NCBI GenBank assembly: GCA_025062235.1
Contig: JANXAE010000001.1
Location: 493 to 64,492 of the forward strand
DNA: 64,000 nucleotides
Reading direction: 5' to 3'
Source of the DNA: Bryobacteraceae bacterium
Lineage (GTDB): Bacteria; Acidobacteriota; Terriglobia; Bryobacterales; Bryobacteraceae
Positions 10,659 through 19,338 of this stretch are shown here, piece after piece (position 1 is the stretch's first letter; every line of letters begins with the position of its first letter). A program made the position numbers and the translations under genes. The notes beneath the pieces were generated by a model, which ran no database searches, was not told the origin of the DNA, and saw only the letters and a program-made list of their open reading frames with translations.

Positions 10659-11818
10659 GGCAGCAGGGTGCGGCGGGCCTCCTCGATCATGGCCCGGACG
10701 TTCTCCACCGGGGAATAGGAATCGATCTCGCAGCCGGGCATGACGACCGCCGTGGTGTGCGGCAGGGTGGCCTCGAGGAACTGGCGCACCATGCGGCGCA
10801 CGTCTTCCGCGGTCCCGTGGCAAGCCACCTGCGTCGTGGGCGAATTCATGGCGCAGCGCTTGCCGGCGAACAGGCGCGCCACCGATTCGCACCACTCCGG
10901 CCAGCGAAGCTTCTGGCTGTAGTAAGGCATGTCGTACTGCACGGCCCTGATGCCGTCCCATTGTACGAGCAATTGCATGGCTTCGGGGAGGTTGTGGCCG
11001 CAGATGTGCCAGAACACGTAGGGAAACAATTTTACGGCTTTTTGTACGAAGATCTCGTCCGCGTAGCCGAACTCGCGCAACTGCCGCGGCCCCCAGGTGC
11101 GCGCCCCGCCGAACAGGCAGACGAAGTGCAGGCCATGCTTGCGTGCGATTTCGCCGTAGAAGTCCAGCGCCGCCAGGCGCTCCTCGAGCGCGAGGTCGAG
11201 ATAGCGTTTGACCTTCTTCGGCTCGGTGACCGTCCACCGCACGAACTGCTGCACTTCGACGAGCGTTTCGGCATAGTTGGAGGGCGTGGCGATCCCCACG
11301 ATCACGGGCACGATGCGATCCATCTTTTCCTGGAATTCCAGCAGCTGGAGCATGTGGGGCGTGTAGTGCGTGACGGCCCGGGAGCCTTCGAGGTAGCGCT
11401 CGTAGGCGCGGCTCTCGTAGAGCTCGATGGCCTCGTCAATGGTCTTGGCCAGCGGTTTGAACAGCAGGTAATCCTTGTCGCCGCGATGGACGAAGTGGTG
11501 GGGGCGCTTTTCGGGAGGGATGAAGTTTTCGATCTGGTGGCTGATGTCCACGTACATCCAGATGGCATCGGTGCGCAGGTCCGCCCAGGTCCGGATGCAG
11601 GCGTCGGTGGTTTTGTCCACGTCGTTGTAGATTTCCCTGTGGGAGTAGCCGGCGTAGGTGATCTGCCAGTAATCCAGCTCGGGGGCTACCGGGACCAGAT
11701 CGAGATCGTTGCGGCGCAGCTCGAAAGCGGCGACCATGCGCTGCCAGTGCGTCAGCTCGCCGACGGGGGCCAGCTTGCCTTTCAGACGGCGAACCCAGGC
11801 GTCCACGATCTCGCTCAT
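10655..11818 (-). CDS. Second, divergent URO-D-fold Zn methyltransferase
   Basis: WHICG and MPGCEIDSYSPVENVRAM Zn-ligand motifs, GTAEDVRR; N-terminal half not recognisable. Confidence 0.75.
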   Translation of the reverse strand: MSEIVDAWVRRLKGKLAPVGELTHWQRMVAAFELRRNDLDLVPVAPELDYWQITYAGYSHREIYNDVDKTTDACIRTWADLRTDAIWMYVDISHQIENFIPPEKRPHHFVHRGDKDYLLFKPLAKTIDEAIELYESRAYERYLEGSRAVTHYTPHMLQLLEFQEKMDRIVPVIVGIATPSNYAETLVEVQQFVRWTVTEPKKVKRYLDLALEERLAALDFYGEIARKHGLHFVCLFGGARTWGPRQLREFGYADEIFVQKAVKLFPYVFWHICGHNLPEAMQLLVQWDGIRAVQYDMPYYSQKLRWPEWCESVARLFAGKRCAMNSPTTQVACHGTAEDVRRMVRQFLEATLPHTTAVVMPGCEIDSYSPVENVRAMIEEARRTLLP

Positions 11819-12513
11819 GCCGACCTCCTGGCGCTGCGCAGCTCTTCGACCAGCCGGTCGAGTTTCGCGACGGCTTCCCAGGCGTCGTCGCTGGCGTCGT
11901 CGGCGCCCATGCGGCGGGCGGCGGCGGGATCCACGGCGGGGCCGCCGCAGATGATCCGGACGCGGTCGCGCAGGCCCGCTTCTGCGATGGCGCGCACGGT
12001 CTCGCGGGTGTGCATGAAAGTGGAGGTCATGTAGGTGCCCAGACCGACGATGTCCGGCTCGTGCTCCCGGATCGCCTCGACGAACTTCTCGTCGGCCACG
12101 TCCACGCCGAGGTCAATGACGTCGTAGCCCGCGGCCTGGAAGACCGGGACGGCAACGTCCTTGCCGACCGAGTGGATGTCGCCGTGGATGGTGCCAATGA
12201 TCATCTTGCCGCGCGTGGCGCCGCAGCCAGCCTTCCGGATGAGCGGGCGCAGGATCTCGAGGCCGCGGTAGTAGACGTCGCACGACACCAGCACCTCGGG
12301 CATGAAGATCTCTCCCGACTTGAATAGTTCGCCCACGCGCCTCATGCCCGCTGAGAGCCCTTCCGCGAGAATCTCGGCGGGTGCCAATCCGGCTGCGAGG
12401 GCTTCCTCGACCAGGGGGCCGACGCCCTCGAGATCCATTTCGAGCACGGCTTGGGCCAGCCGTTGGAGTCGCTCGGCCTTCTCCACCGCTTCCTCCCGCG
12501 ATGTTCGGTGCAA
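11815..12513 (-). CDS. Corrinoid (cobalamin-binding) methyl-carrier protein, MtaC/MttC-like
   Basis: Cap domain GLSAGMRRVGELFKSGEIFMPEV; DxHxxG motif GDIHSVGK; VIDLGVDV; ICGG. TTG start. Confidence 0.92.
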   Translation of the reverse strand: MHRTSREEAVEKAERLQRLAQAVLEMDLEGVGPLVEEALAAGLAPAEILAEGLSAGMRRVGELFKSGEIFMPEVLVSCDVYYRGLEILRPLIRKAGCGATRGKMIIGTIHGDIHSVGKDVAVPVFQAAGYDVIDLGVDVADEKFVEAIREHEPDIVGLGTYMTSTFMHTRETVRAIAEAGLRDRVRIICGGPAVDPAAARRMGADDASDDAWEAVAKLDRLVEELRSARRSA

Positions 12514-12530
12514 CAGCCGAACCCTTGCTC

Positions 12531-12566
12531 GAGACCGGGCGGGCCGCTTCGAGCTCCGCCGGTCTC
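12531..12566 (-). promoter_or_regulatory. GC-rich stem-loop in the putative 5' leader of the corrinoid operon
   Basis: GAGACCGG(G)CGG...CCGCCGGTCTC inverted repeat, just downstream of a possible -10 (TACTCT, 12574-12579 minus). Confidence 0.35.
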
Positions 12567-12825
12567 CCGACTAAGAGTACTACAAGGGGAGCAGGTTGGG
12601 GATGCTCGATGCGAGCATGCAAGCGCGCGGTCGCGCCGTCGGATGTGGCCGCGCCGGATGTCGTCCCGGTTCGGCAGTTCGACTGCCCGTTCGGCCGGAT
12701 CCGTGCGAGAGCACACGCCGGGAGGAGCCGCGCGACGCGCCTGCGCGGCGGTCCGAAGGGCGGTCGACAGCAGGGGGCGGCTCTGGATAAAAGTTTTTCC
12801 GAGTCCACCACGCGCACACGCGACC

Positions 12826-13470
12826 ATGAGCCGGAGGCCTCGCACACAGCCTTTTTATGACGAAGAGCCGGTGATTGCCCGCTCCAACAAGTATCACCGG
12901 GAGTGGTGCTCGGCGGTGGCCCTGATCGGTCCGGCGCAGAGGCGGCTCCGCTCTTACAAGGAGGCGCAAGAACTGGGATTGGAGCCCTGTCGGATCTGCA
13001 AGCCGTACCCGTACGGCTTGCAGGCGATCGCCGGGCGGATGCGGCTGCGGAAAGAGATGGCGGAAGACGCCCAGCTGGAGCACGAAGAGCAACTCGAGGA
13101 GCGACTCCAGAGAGCGATCGAGCATCTCGATCCCGGGCGGGCATGCCCCGAAAGGGCCGCTACGGATTCGCCGGCAGAGTCCTTCGCAGAGGTCGTCGCC
13201 ACGCTGCAAGCGATCGCTCGCCGGCTGGAAATTTTGCCTGACGAGGAACCCGGGGTGGGCCGACTGCTGGCGACTCTCAGAAGGAGGACGCGGGCGAATT
13301 TCCCCGACTGGCTCCTGGCGATGCTGCGATTCGTGTGGCGCACCAGTCGGCGTCTGGAGCGGCCGAAACGGGAAGATCCGGTGACGAAGCTCCAGCTCGA
13401 GGCCTTTTTCGCCTGCCTTGGGGCCTTCGATGAATGGGCGGATCGCTGGGGTCTCCGACAGAAGCAGTGA
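12826..13470 (+). CDS. Protein with N-terminal Ada-like metal (Zn)-binding domain and helical C-terminus
   Basis: SNKYHREWC...SYKEAQELGLEPCRICKP matches the Ada Zn-binding domain pattern (YHxxxC...EA..G..PCxxCxP). Confidence 0.6.
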   Translation: MSRRPRTQPFYDEEPVIARSNKYHREWCSAVALIGPAQRRLRSYKEAQELGLEPCRICKPYPYGLQAIAGRMRLRKEMAEDAQLEHEEQLEERLQRAIEHLDPGRACPERAATDSPAESFAEVVATLQAIARRLEILPDEEPGVGRLLATLRRRTRANFPDWLLAMLRFVWRTSRRLERPKREDPVTKLQLEAFFACLGAFDEWADRWGLRQKQ

Positions 13471-13556
13471 TGGCGCTCGAAGGGTGCCGGGGAGGGGCTC
13501 GCCAGCGCAGCGATGTCGGGAAGCGGGCACGCGGCGATCAGGGGAGAATCCGCAGG

Positions 13557-13634
13557 GTGATGCCCTCGGGCGCCGCGGGCCTCGGCCAGCGGCGTCCTCG
13601 AGCCCGACGCGGGACGCGTGATGCCCTCGGGCGC
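13557..13634 (+). repeat. 17-bp direct repeat, two copies 61 bp apart
   Basis: GTGATGCCCTCGGGCGC at 13557-13573 and 13618-13634. Confidence 0.7.
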
Positions 13635-14540
13635 AGGGGGCCGCGGGGGGACTCGGTTCCTCGCTGCTGGAGTGCGCCGGGCGGAAATTGCTGCGAACGG
13701 GTCGTTTAGGGTTTGGTGGTGGGAGCGCTCTGGTACGCGAACTGCTCAGGGACGAGCGGACAATACCTCGCCTCCGGTTCGGGCCCGGGCGACGGGTAGC
13801 CGAACCGCGCGGGCCGAGCGTTCCCAACGGCGCCCCGGCGTTGCGCACTGCGGGCCGGAGCTTCGGTCAGGGTGGCACTGCGTTTCCTGCGCGTCCTGCG
13901 TCCGCCCGCACGGCGTGCACGGTGTCCCCTAGGGCTGCCTGAGCCCGACCGTGCGACGGCGGAGGAGACCGGCATTGGGGGCGGGGATGAGTTCTCTCGG
14001 CCCTATGGCCCAGCTGTACGGCGTCTCGAACCGGGTTGGCAGGTGCGCGACGGCCCGAACGGTCCAAGGTGAAGTGCCGACCCCGTCGGGGCGCGGAGTG
14101 GCCCGCCGTGCAGGAGCACCCGGCGATTGGGTGTCCCGAAGCGGTCTCCAAGCGGGGCGCAAGCGGCGCTGGGGAGCACCGCCCGGCGGGCTTGCGGTTC
14201 CGATGCTGCGGTGCACACGCGTTGCCCGTCGTCGCTGGGCCGTGTCCCCGGGTTCGCGGATGCGAGGTCCGGTGAACCCTCGCCCTGCCGGGCACAGTAA
14301 GCCCGCTGGGTTCCGAGCACCGAATGGGACGCGGAACCATTCGTAACACGCAGCCATAGGTTATGCCTCTTCGTCCACGCGGAGGCAGTGGGCGGGAGCG
14401 GGCGAACTCGGCGGAGGTGGACCCCGGATTGCCAGGAACGTCGGGCGGGAGGCGCAGGACCGGTGGGCTGCCATGCACTGGGCGCCCCGGGCCCCCAGTC
14501 GGGTTGAGCGACAATGGTACTGAGCCTACCTTCGAGGTCC

Positions 14541-15827
14541 ATGGCTGAGGTTCCCGCGATGCCGGCAGAGGTTCAGCGGACAGTCCTGCCCAACGGGGTG
14601 CGGGTGATCAGCGAACGTATGCCGCAGGTGCGGTCGGTATCGGTGGGCATTTGGCTAGGGACGGGGGCGCGACTGGAAGCGCCGCACGAGACTGGTATTT
14701 GCCACTTCCTGGAGCACCTGCTCTTCAAAGGGACCCGGAAACGATCGGCCGAGGAAATTGCGCGCTCGGTGGACTCCATCGGGGGGAATCTGGACGCCTT
14801 CACCGGGAAGGAGATGGTCAGCTTCAACGCCAAGGTGCTCGACGAGCACCTCCCGCTGGCTTTCGACGTGCTGGCCGATCTGGTGACCGGGCCGCTGCTG
14901 AGGCCCGAGGACATCCGGAAAGAGAAAGGGGTGATCCTGGAAGAGATCAAGATGGAGCTGGACAACCCCGAGTACCTCGTGCACGAGATCTTCGCCAGCA
15001 ATTTCTGGAAGGGCCACGCACTGGGGCGACCGATTCTGGGCACGCGCGAGACGGTGCAGCGCTTCACTCCGGAGATGGTGGAGAACTACTACCGGCGGGT
15101 CTACATCCCCTCGAACATTCTGGTGACGGCGGCGGGGAATCTCGATCACGAGAGGCTGGTCGAGCTGGCGGCCGAACACTTCCGCGACATGCCGGCAGGC
15201 GACGGATTGCCCGAGGACAAGCCGCCCGTGACGCACGCGCGACTGGCGCTGCGGCACAAGAAGTCCCTCGAGCAGATCCACCTCTGTCTGGGCGTGCCTG
15301 CCTATCCAGCGCCGCACCGGGAGCGCTTCGCCAGTTACGTATTGAACGTGCTGTTGGGCGGTGGAATGAGCTCGCGGCTGTTCCAGAACATCCGCGAGCG
15401 GCAAGGACTTGCCTACGCGGTGTTCTCCGAGCTCAACCCTTACCGTGACACCGGCTGCCTCTCGATCTATGCAGGGACCTCGGTGGACGCGGCGCGCAAA
15501 GTGGTGCAGTTGATCCTCGTCGAGCTCAGGCGCTTCAAAGAGGAGCCGGTGAGCGAGGAGGAACTGAGGCGCGGCAAGGACTACCTGAAGGGCTCGCTCA
15601 TCCTCGGTCTGGAGTCCACCAGCCACCGCATGGCGAATCTGGCGCGGCAGGAGCTTTACTTCGGTCGCTTCTTCAGCCTAGACGAGCTGATCGAGGACAT
15701 CGAGCGCGTGACCGCGGCCGACGTGCAGCGCGTGGCGCAGCAGTTCTTCGATTCGCGTCTGATCACGCTCACCATGCTGGGCAACCTGGATGGCGTGCGC
15801 TTCCGCCGCGAGGAACTGGACTGCTGA
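14541..15827 (+). CDS. M16 family (pitrilysin/MPP-like) zinc peptidase
   Basis: Inverted zinc motif HFLEH, LPNGVRV, LGGGMSSRLFQNIRERQGLAY. Confidence 0.93.
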   Translation: MAEVPAMPAEVQRTVLPNGVRVISERMPQVRSVSVGIWLGTGARLEAPHETGICHFLEHLLFKGTRKRSAEEIARSVDSIGGNLDAFTGKEMVSFNAKVLDEHLPLAFDVLADLVTGPLLRPEDIRKEKGVILEEIKMELDNPEYLVHEIFASNFWKGHALGRPILGTRETVQRFTPEMVENYYRRVYIPSNILVTAAGNLDHERLVELAAEHFRDMPAGDGLPEDKPPVTHARLALRHKKSLEQIHLCLGVPAYPAPHRERFASYVLNVLLGGGMSSRLFQNIRERQGLAYAVFSELNPYRDTGCLSIYAGTSVDAARKVVQLILVELRRFKEEPVSEEELRRGKDYLKGSLILGLESTSHRMANLARQELYFGRFFSLDELIEDIERVTAADVQRVAQQFFDSRLITLTMLGNLDGVRFRREELDC

Positions 15828-16301
15828 CGGACTCCTCCGAAACCGCGAACTTCCCCGAATCCCCCGCCGTGCGGGCGAGGGCTGCTGAGGGGCATCGTCG
15901 TTGCGCCGCGCAATAGGGTGCACTCGCTTTCGTCGGAGGCCTCGAGTTCGGGGCGCGGCAGCATTTTCGTGGCTCGTGGGGGCCTGGGGCCCTCGACAGC
16001 GCACGTCGGGCGAACGGTCACCGAAAGGCCGGCAACCGACGATCGGGCTGAAGTCCCGGGCGGCGCAGCCCCCGGGTTCCCGGGGCGCGCGGCAGGGGGT
16101 TCACGGGATTTTCGCGGCGGGATAGCTCCGCCTGTCGCTCCAGGCGGGAGCAGGAGCGGCGACGGCGGTAACGCGCGAGCCCGGTGTTGGCCAGCCGTCG
16201 AGTCCTCCTCCGGGGGTTGGCGCCGGCCGAGGTTGCCCATCGCCATGCGCGGGCGGCCCGCGGGAATACCGTGCAGCGAAAGGGACCCGGAGGCACAGCG
16301 G

Positions 16302-16721
16302 TCAGGGCAAAGCTGATCGGTGCCACCCGGGCCGGCGCGGGCCTTCGAGGCGGCGGTGCAGCCCGCACCAGTTTTCCGAAACGACGATGGAGTTCGCCGG
16401 ATTGTCTGGCAGGTACTTGACGCTGGCGTGTCCGCTGAGACCTGCGAGGTCCGCAGGCAGGCGATCGAGCAGCGGGCTGAGATCCTGCGAAGCGACGTAC
16501 TCGGTGCCGCCCACATGGTAGCGGTAATAAACGACGTGGCCGCGCACTTCGACCAGGACGCCGTCGGTGACCCGGCCCTGGGCTTCGACGCGAAGCCTGC
16601 GACGGCGCTCGCGCTCCTCAGGGGTAAGCGGTCGGCGCCACTTTCGCCAGGCCACTGCGCCGCCGACGCCTGCGATCAAGACAACGGCTGCGGCTAGCCA
16701 CGGGCTCGAGCCGAAGGGCAT
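16302..16721 (-). CDS. Single-pass membrane hypothetical protein (DUF3592-like)
   Basis: N-terminal TM helix, VYYRYHVGGTEY...VKYLPDNPANS. Confidence 0.6.
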   Translation of the reverse strand: MPFGSSPWLAAAVVLIAGVGGAVAWRKWRRPLTPEERERRRRLRVEAQGRVTDGVLVEVRGHVVYYRYHVGGTEYVASQDLSPLLDRLPADLAGLSGHASVKYLPDNPANSIVVSENWCGLHRRLEGPRRPGWHRSALP

Positions 16722-16745
16722 GGCGAAGATGGCGTCAAGCGACCG

Positions 16746-17714
16746 CTACTTGCCCGCTGCGTACTGTCGGTAGAGCTCCGCGATGCCTGCGCTTTTGAAA
16801 TCGCCGGGATGGATCACCACGCGGTATCGGAACCGCAGGCTCCCGCCGGGCTGAAGCGTGATGCTGCCGTCGCGGTTCTTGTCCGCCATGAAATCATGTT
16901 CCCCGAAAATGTTCGCGGCGAACAGGCCGTAGCTGCGGGCGTGCCAGAAGGTGGGGTGTTTGGGATTTCCGGGGTGGTCGAAAATGGCCACGCCGAGCTT
17001 TTCCCCGTCCACCTCGCCGAAATAATCCACCCAGGCAGAGCGCTTGCCCCAGACCTGGCGTTCGCCCTCGAGTCCTTCGGCGTTGACCATCTTACCGGTC
17101 CGAGGGACGGACTCGGGCGCGCCGCGCGAGGGTTCTTCGAGGGAAGGTGCCAGGCGCAGCGCGAAGGTGCCTTCCTTGGTGTCGCCGAACTTGACGGTCT
17201 CGAGCGCCGTCAGATGAATGTCGAAGTCCACGACGCGCAGCTCGGGGTGTGAGTGGAAGACCATGGTTCGGCGTTCGTTGAGCAGCGGTTTGCCGGTGCC
17301 ATCCAGCCAATCGAACGAGGCCTCGATCGAACCTTGCCGCTGGCCGCTCTTGACGGCAATGACCTGTTTGAGCACGACCTTGCCCTTGCCCTTGCCGACG
17401 CCCTTCTGCATGGGTTCGTTGGCCCAGAAGTCCCAGCCATTGACGTCGCCGTGGGTGAACCACAGGCCACGGTGATGCGGGTGGTCGCGACGTTCGCCCT
17501 CGCGCTGCTCCATGGGGTAATAGCGCGTGACGACCTTGCCCGATGCCGAGCGGAGCGGGTGCAAGTAGGGTTTGGGCGCCTCGGGACCGACGAAGAACGT
17601 CGTGAAAGGCTTGCCGTCAATTTCCACTTCGATGCGGTCGGGCCCTTGCGCGATCTTGACCTGGGCCGCCGCCAGAGCGGCCAGCAGCAGGAGGCTGGAT
17701 AAGTACCGTTGCAT
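16746..17714 (-). CDS. Secreted protein of the so-called PmoA/DUF6807 family (not a methane monooxygenase)
   Basis: Signal peptide; KPYLHPL, DHPHHRGLWF, DHPGNP, WHARSYG, LRFRYRVVIH. Confidence 0.75.
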   Translation of the reverse strand: MQRYLSSLLLLAALAAAQVKIAQGPDRIEVEIDGKPFTTFFVGPEAPKPYLHPLRSASGKVVTRYYPMEQREGERRDHPHHRGLWFTHGDVNGWDFWANEPMQKGVGKGKGKVVLKQVIAVKSGQRQGSIEASFDWLDGTGKPLLNERRTMVFHSHPELRVVDFDIHLTALETVKFGDTKEGTFALRLAPSLEEPSRGAPESVPRTGKMVNAEGLEGERQVWGKRSAWVDYFGEVDGEKLGVAIFDHPGNPKHPTFWHARSYGLFAANIFGEHDFMADKNRDGSITLQPGGSLRFRYRVVIHPGDFKSAGIAELYRQYAAGK

Positions 17715-17745
17715 GCCAATCAGTATACGACGCGTGCGAAGAGCC

Positions 17746-18420
17746 TCAGATGAGGGCCTCGGGGTACGTTCCGAACTGGTGCAGGATGTAGCGGGGGCCG
17801 ACCAGGAAGCGGCCGCTGACCGGGTCCGGGACGACGAGGTTGAGCAGGAAACCGAGCAGCCCATGCGCGGCGCCAAGCAACCAGAGGCTCCGGTAGCGCA
17901 AAAAGAGCCGGGCAGCGAGGTAGCCCCCGGGCAGCGTAAGGGCCATCAGGAAGGGATTGGGCAGGTGCGCCAGCGAGAAAAGCAGGGCCGCAAGGAAGGG
18001 GGCGCGGCGTCCCCCGCCCGCTTGCCGGAGGCGATTGAGGAAGTAGCCGTTGAGGATCCACTGCTGGAGCAGGCCCCATACCAGGTAGACGGCGAGCGAG
18101 CCTGGCGCGCGTCGGAGGACGACAGGGTTGATCGTGTCGAGCAGCGCGCCCCCGGCGAGCAGGATCGCCGCAAGCAGGCCCACCCACGGAGCCAGCGCGG
18201 CGAAGGCCGTGCGCAGCTGGCCTGCGCCCAGCCCGAGCGCAGCGGCTCCCTCGCGCCGGATCGTGTGCGAGAGGACCACGATGGCCGCGATCCAGATCCA
18301 GCGCCAGGGGTGGAACAGGCGGATCTTCCAGATGTAGGTCAGGATGAGGCCGAAGACGCTCAGGGCCTCGATCAGAGCGGCGCGGTCGGGCTCGGGCGTA
18401 TCGCGCTCCATGCGCCTCAT
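17746..18420 (-). CDS. CPBP (Abi/CAAX) family membrane protein with degenerate catalytic motif
   Basis: QQWILNGY where EExxxR is expected, FSLAH, HGLLG; ATGA overlap with the upstream CPBP gene. Confidence 0.7.
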   Translation of the reverse strand: MRRMERDTPEPDRAALIEALSVFGLILTYIWKIRLFHPWRWIWIAAIVVLSHTIRREGAAALGLGAGQLRTAFAALAPWVGLLAAILLAGGALLDTINPVVLRRAPGSLAVYLVWGLLQQWILNGYFLNRLRQAGGGRRAPFLAALLFSLAHLPNPFLMALTLPGGYLAARLFLRYRSLWLLGAAHGLLGFLLNLVVPDPVSGRFLVGPRYILHQFGTYPEALI

Positions 18421-19301
18421 CGGAACAGGGTGTGTCGCACGGAATTGACCAGGGCGTGCAGGAAGGCCGACGCCAGCACGCTGGTGGAACGTTGGAAGAC
18501 GAGGCCGTAGACGAAGCCGGCGATCGTGGCCAGCAACATGTAGCGCCAGTTGGGCAGCGGCCCGGGGCCGTTGTTCAGATGGGCCGCGCCGAAAACCAAG
18601 GCGGCGGCGAGCAGGCCGCGCAGGGGATCGCGGAAGCGTTGCACCAGCCAGTTCTGGATGAGAGAGCGGAACAGCAGCTCTTCGGGAATGGCCACGCCGA
18701 GCAGCGTGATGAGCAAGAGCCGGAGGAACGCCACGGGATCTGCCTCGAGCGGCAGCCGCAGAGGACCGAGAAAGCCGAGGCTCCGTCCGAGCGCCGCGAG
18801 CGGCAGGGCGATCGCGGCGAAGGCGACGAGGGCGTACAGAAAGTCCCGCCCGCGCCTGGGCAGGTTGTATTTGTGACCCGGCCAGTTGCGGAAAATCACG
18901 AAGACGAGCAACCCCATGGCGAGCGCCGTGCCCTGCGCGGTCTCGTTGGCGATGGAGTGAGCGTGGGTGGGAAGCAGCGGCTTGCCGAGCGCGAACTCGA
19001 CCGGGAGCCACAGCAGCAACACGGCCGCCAGATCGCGGCCGGAAAGCCTCCGCCCGGCGTGGCGGCCGGAGTAAATCGCGGCGGTGGGCGCCAGCAGCCA
19101 AGCCGCCAGCAGCGGCAAGAACGCGGGGACGAGAGCGCCCTGGAGGAACAGCACAAGCGAGAAGAAGGCGGCCAGCAACAACGGCACGAGGAAGACCGCC
19201 GCGGGCCGCGAGCCGAAACAGCGCCTCAAGGCGGCCTGGCGGCGCGGCGACAATAGCGCCAGCATCAGGACGATGAAGACGACGGCGACCAGCGTGGCCA
19301 C
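18417..19301 (-). CDS. CPBP family intramembrane glutamic endopeptidase
   Basis: PEELLFR, FGAAH, HALVN canonical motifs. Confidence 0.88.
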   Translation of the reverse strand: MATLVAVVFIVLMLALLSPRRQAALRRCFGSRPAAVFLVPLLLAAFFSLVLFLQGALVPAFLPLLAAWLLAPTAAIYSGRHAGRRLSGRDLAAVLLLWLPVEFALGKPLLPTHAHSIANETAQGTALAMGLLVFVIFRNWPGHKYNLPRRGRDFLYALVAFAAIALPLAALGRSLGFLGPLRLPLEADPVAFLRLLLITLLGVAIPEELLFRSLIQNWLVQRFRDPLRGLLAAALVFGAAHLNNGPGPLPNWRYMLLATIAGFVYGLVFQRSTSVLASAFLHALVNSVRHTLFR

Positions 19302-19338
19302 GGGTCTTCGCGCCTCCGGAGGCGCGCTTGCGAGCGGG

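Noticed and set aside
9663..11818. True uroporphyrinogen decarboxylase (hemE)
   Set aside because: Lacks the RQAGR motif, has HxC...PGC Zn ligands and sits with a corrinoid protein.
12514..12825. Cobalamin riboswitch
   Set aside because: No recognisable GGGAA / GCCACTG / B12-box elements in the expected order.
13557..13634. CRISPR array
   Set aside because: Only two 17-bp copies, no third at the 61-bp period, and no cas genes in the window.
13873..13888. Sigma-54 promoter TGGCAC-N5-TTCC
   Set aside because: The -12 element lacks the essential GC and no gene follows closely.
15822..15827. Cys-UGA selenocysteine read-through at the end of the M16 peptidase
   Set aside because: The protein is already full length and no clear SECIS hairpin or meaningful extension follows.
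16746..17714. Particulate methane monooxygenase linking to C1 metabolism
   Set aside because: Soluble secreted beta-rich protein of a misleadingly named family; no pmoCAB membrane subunits.
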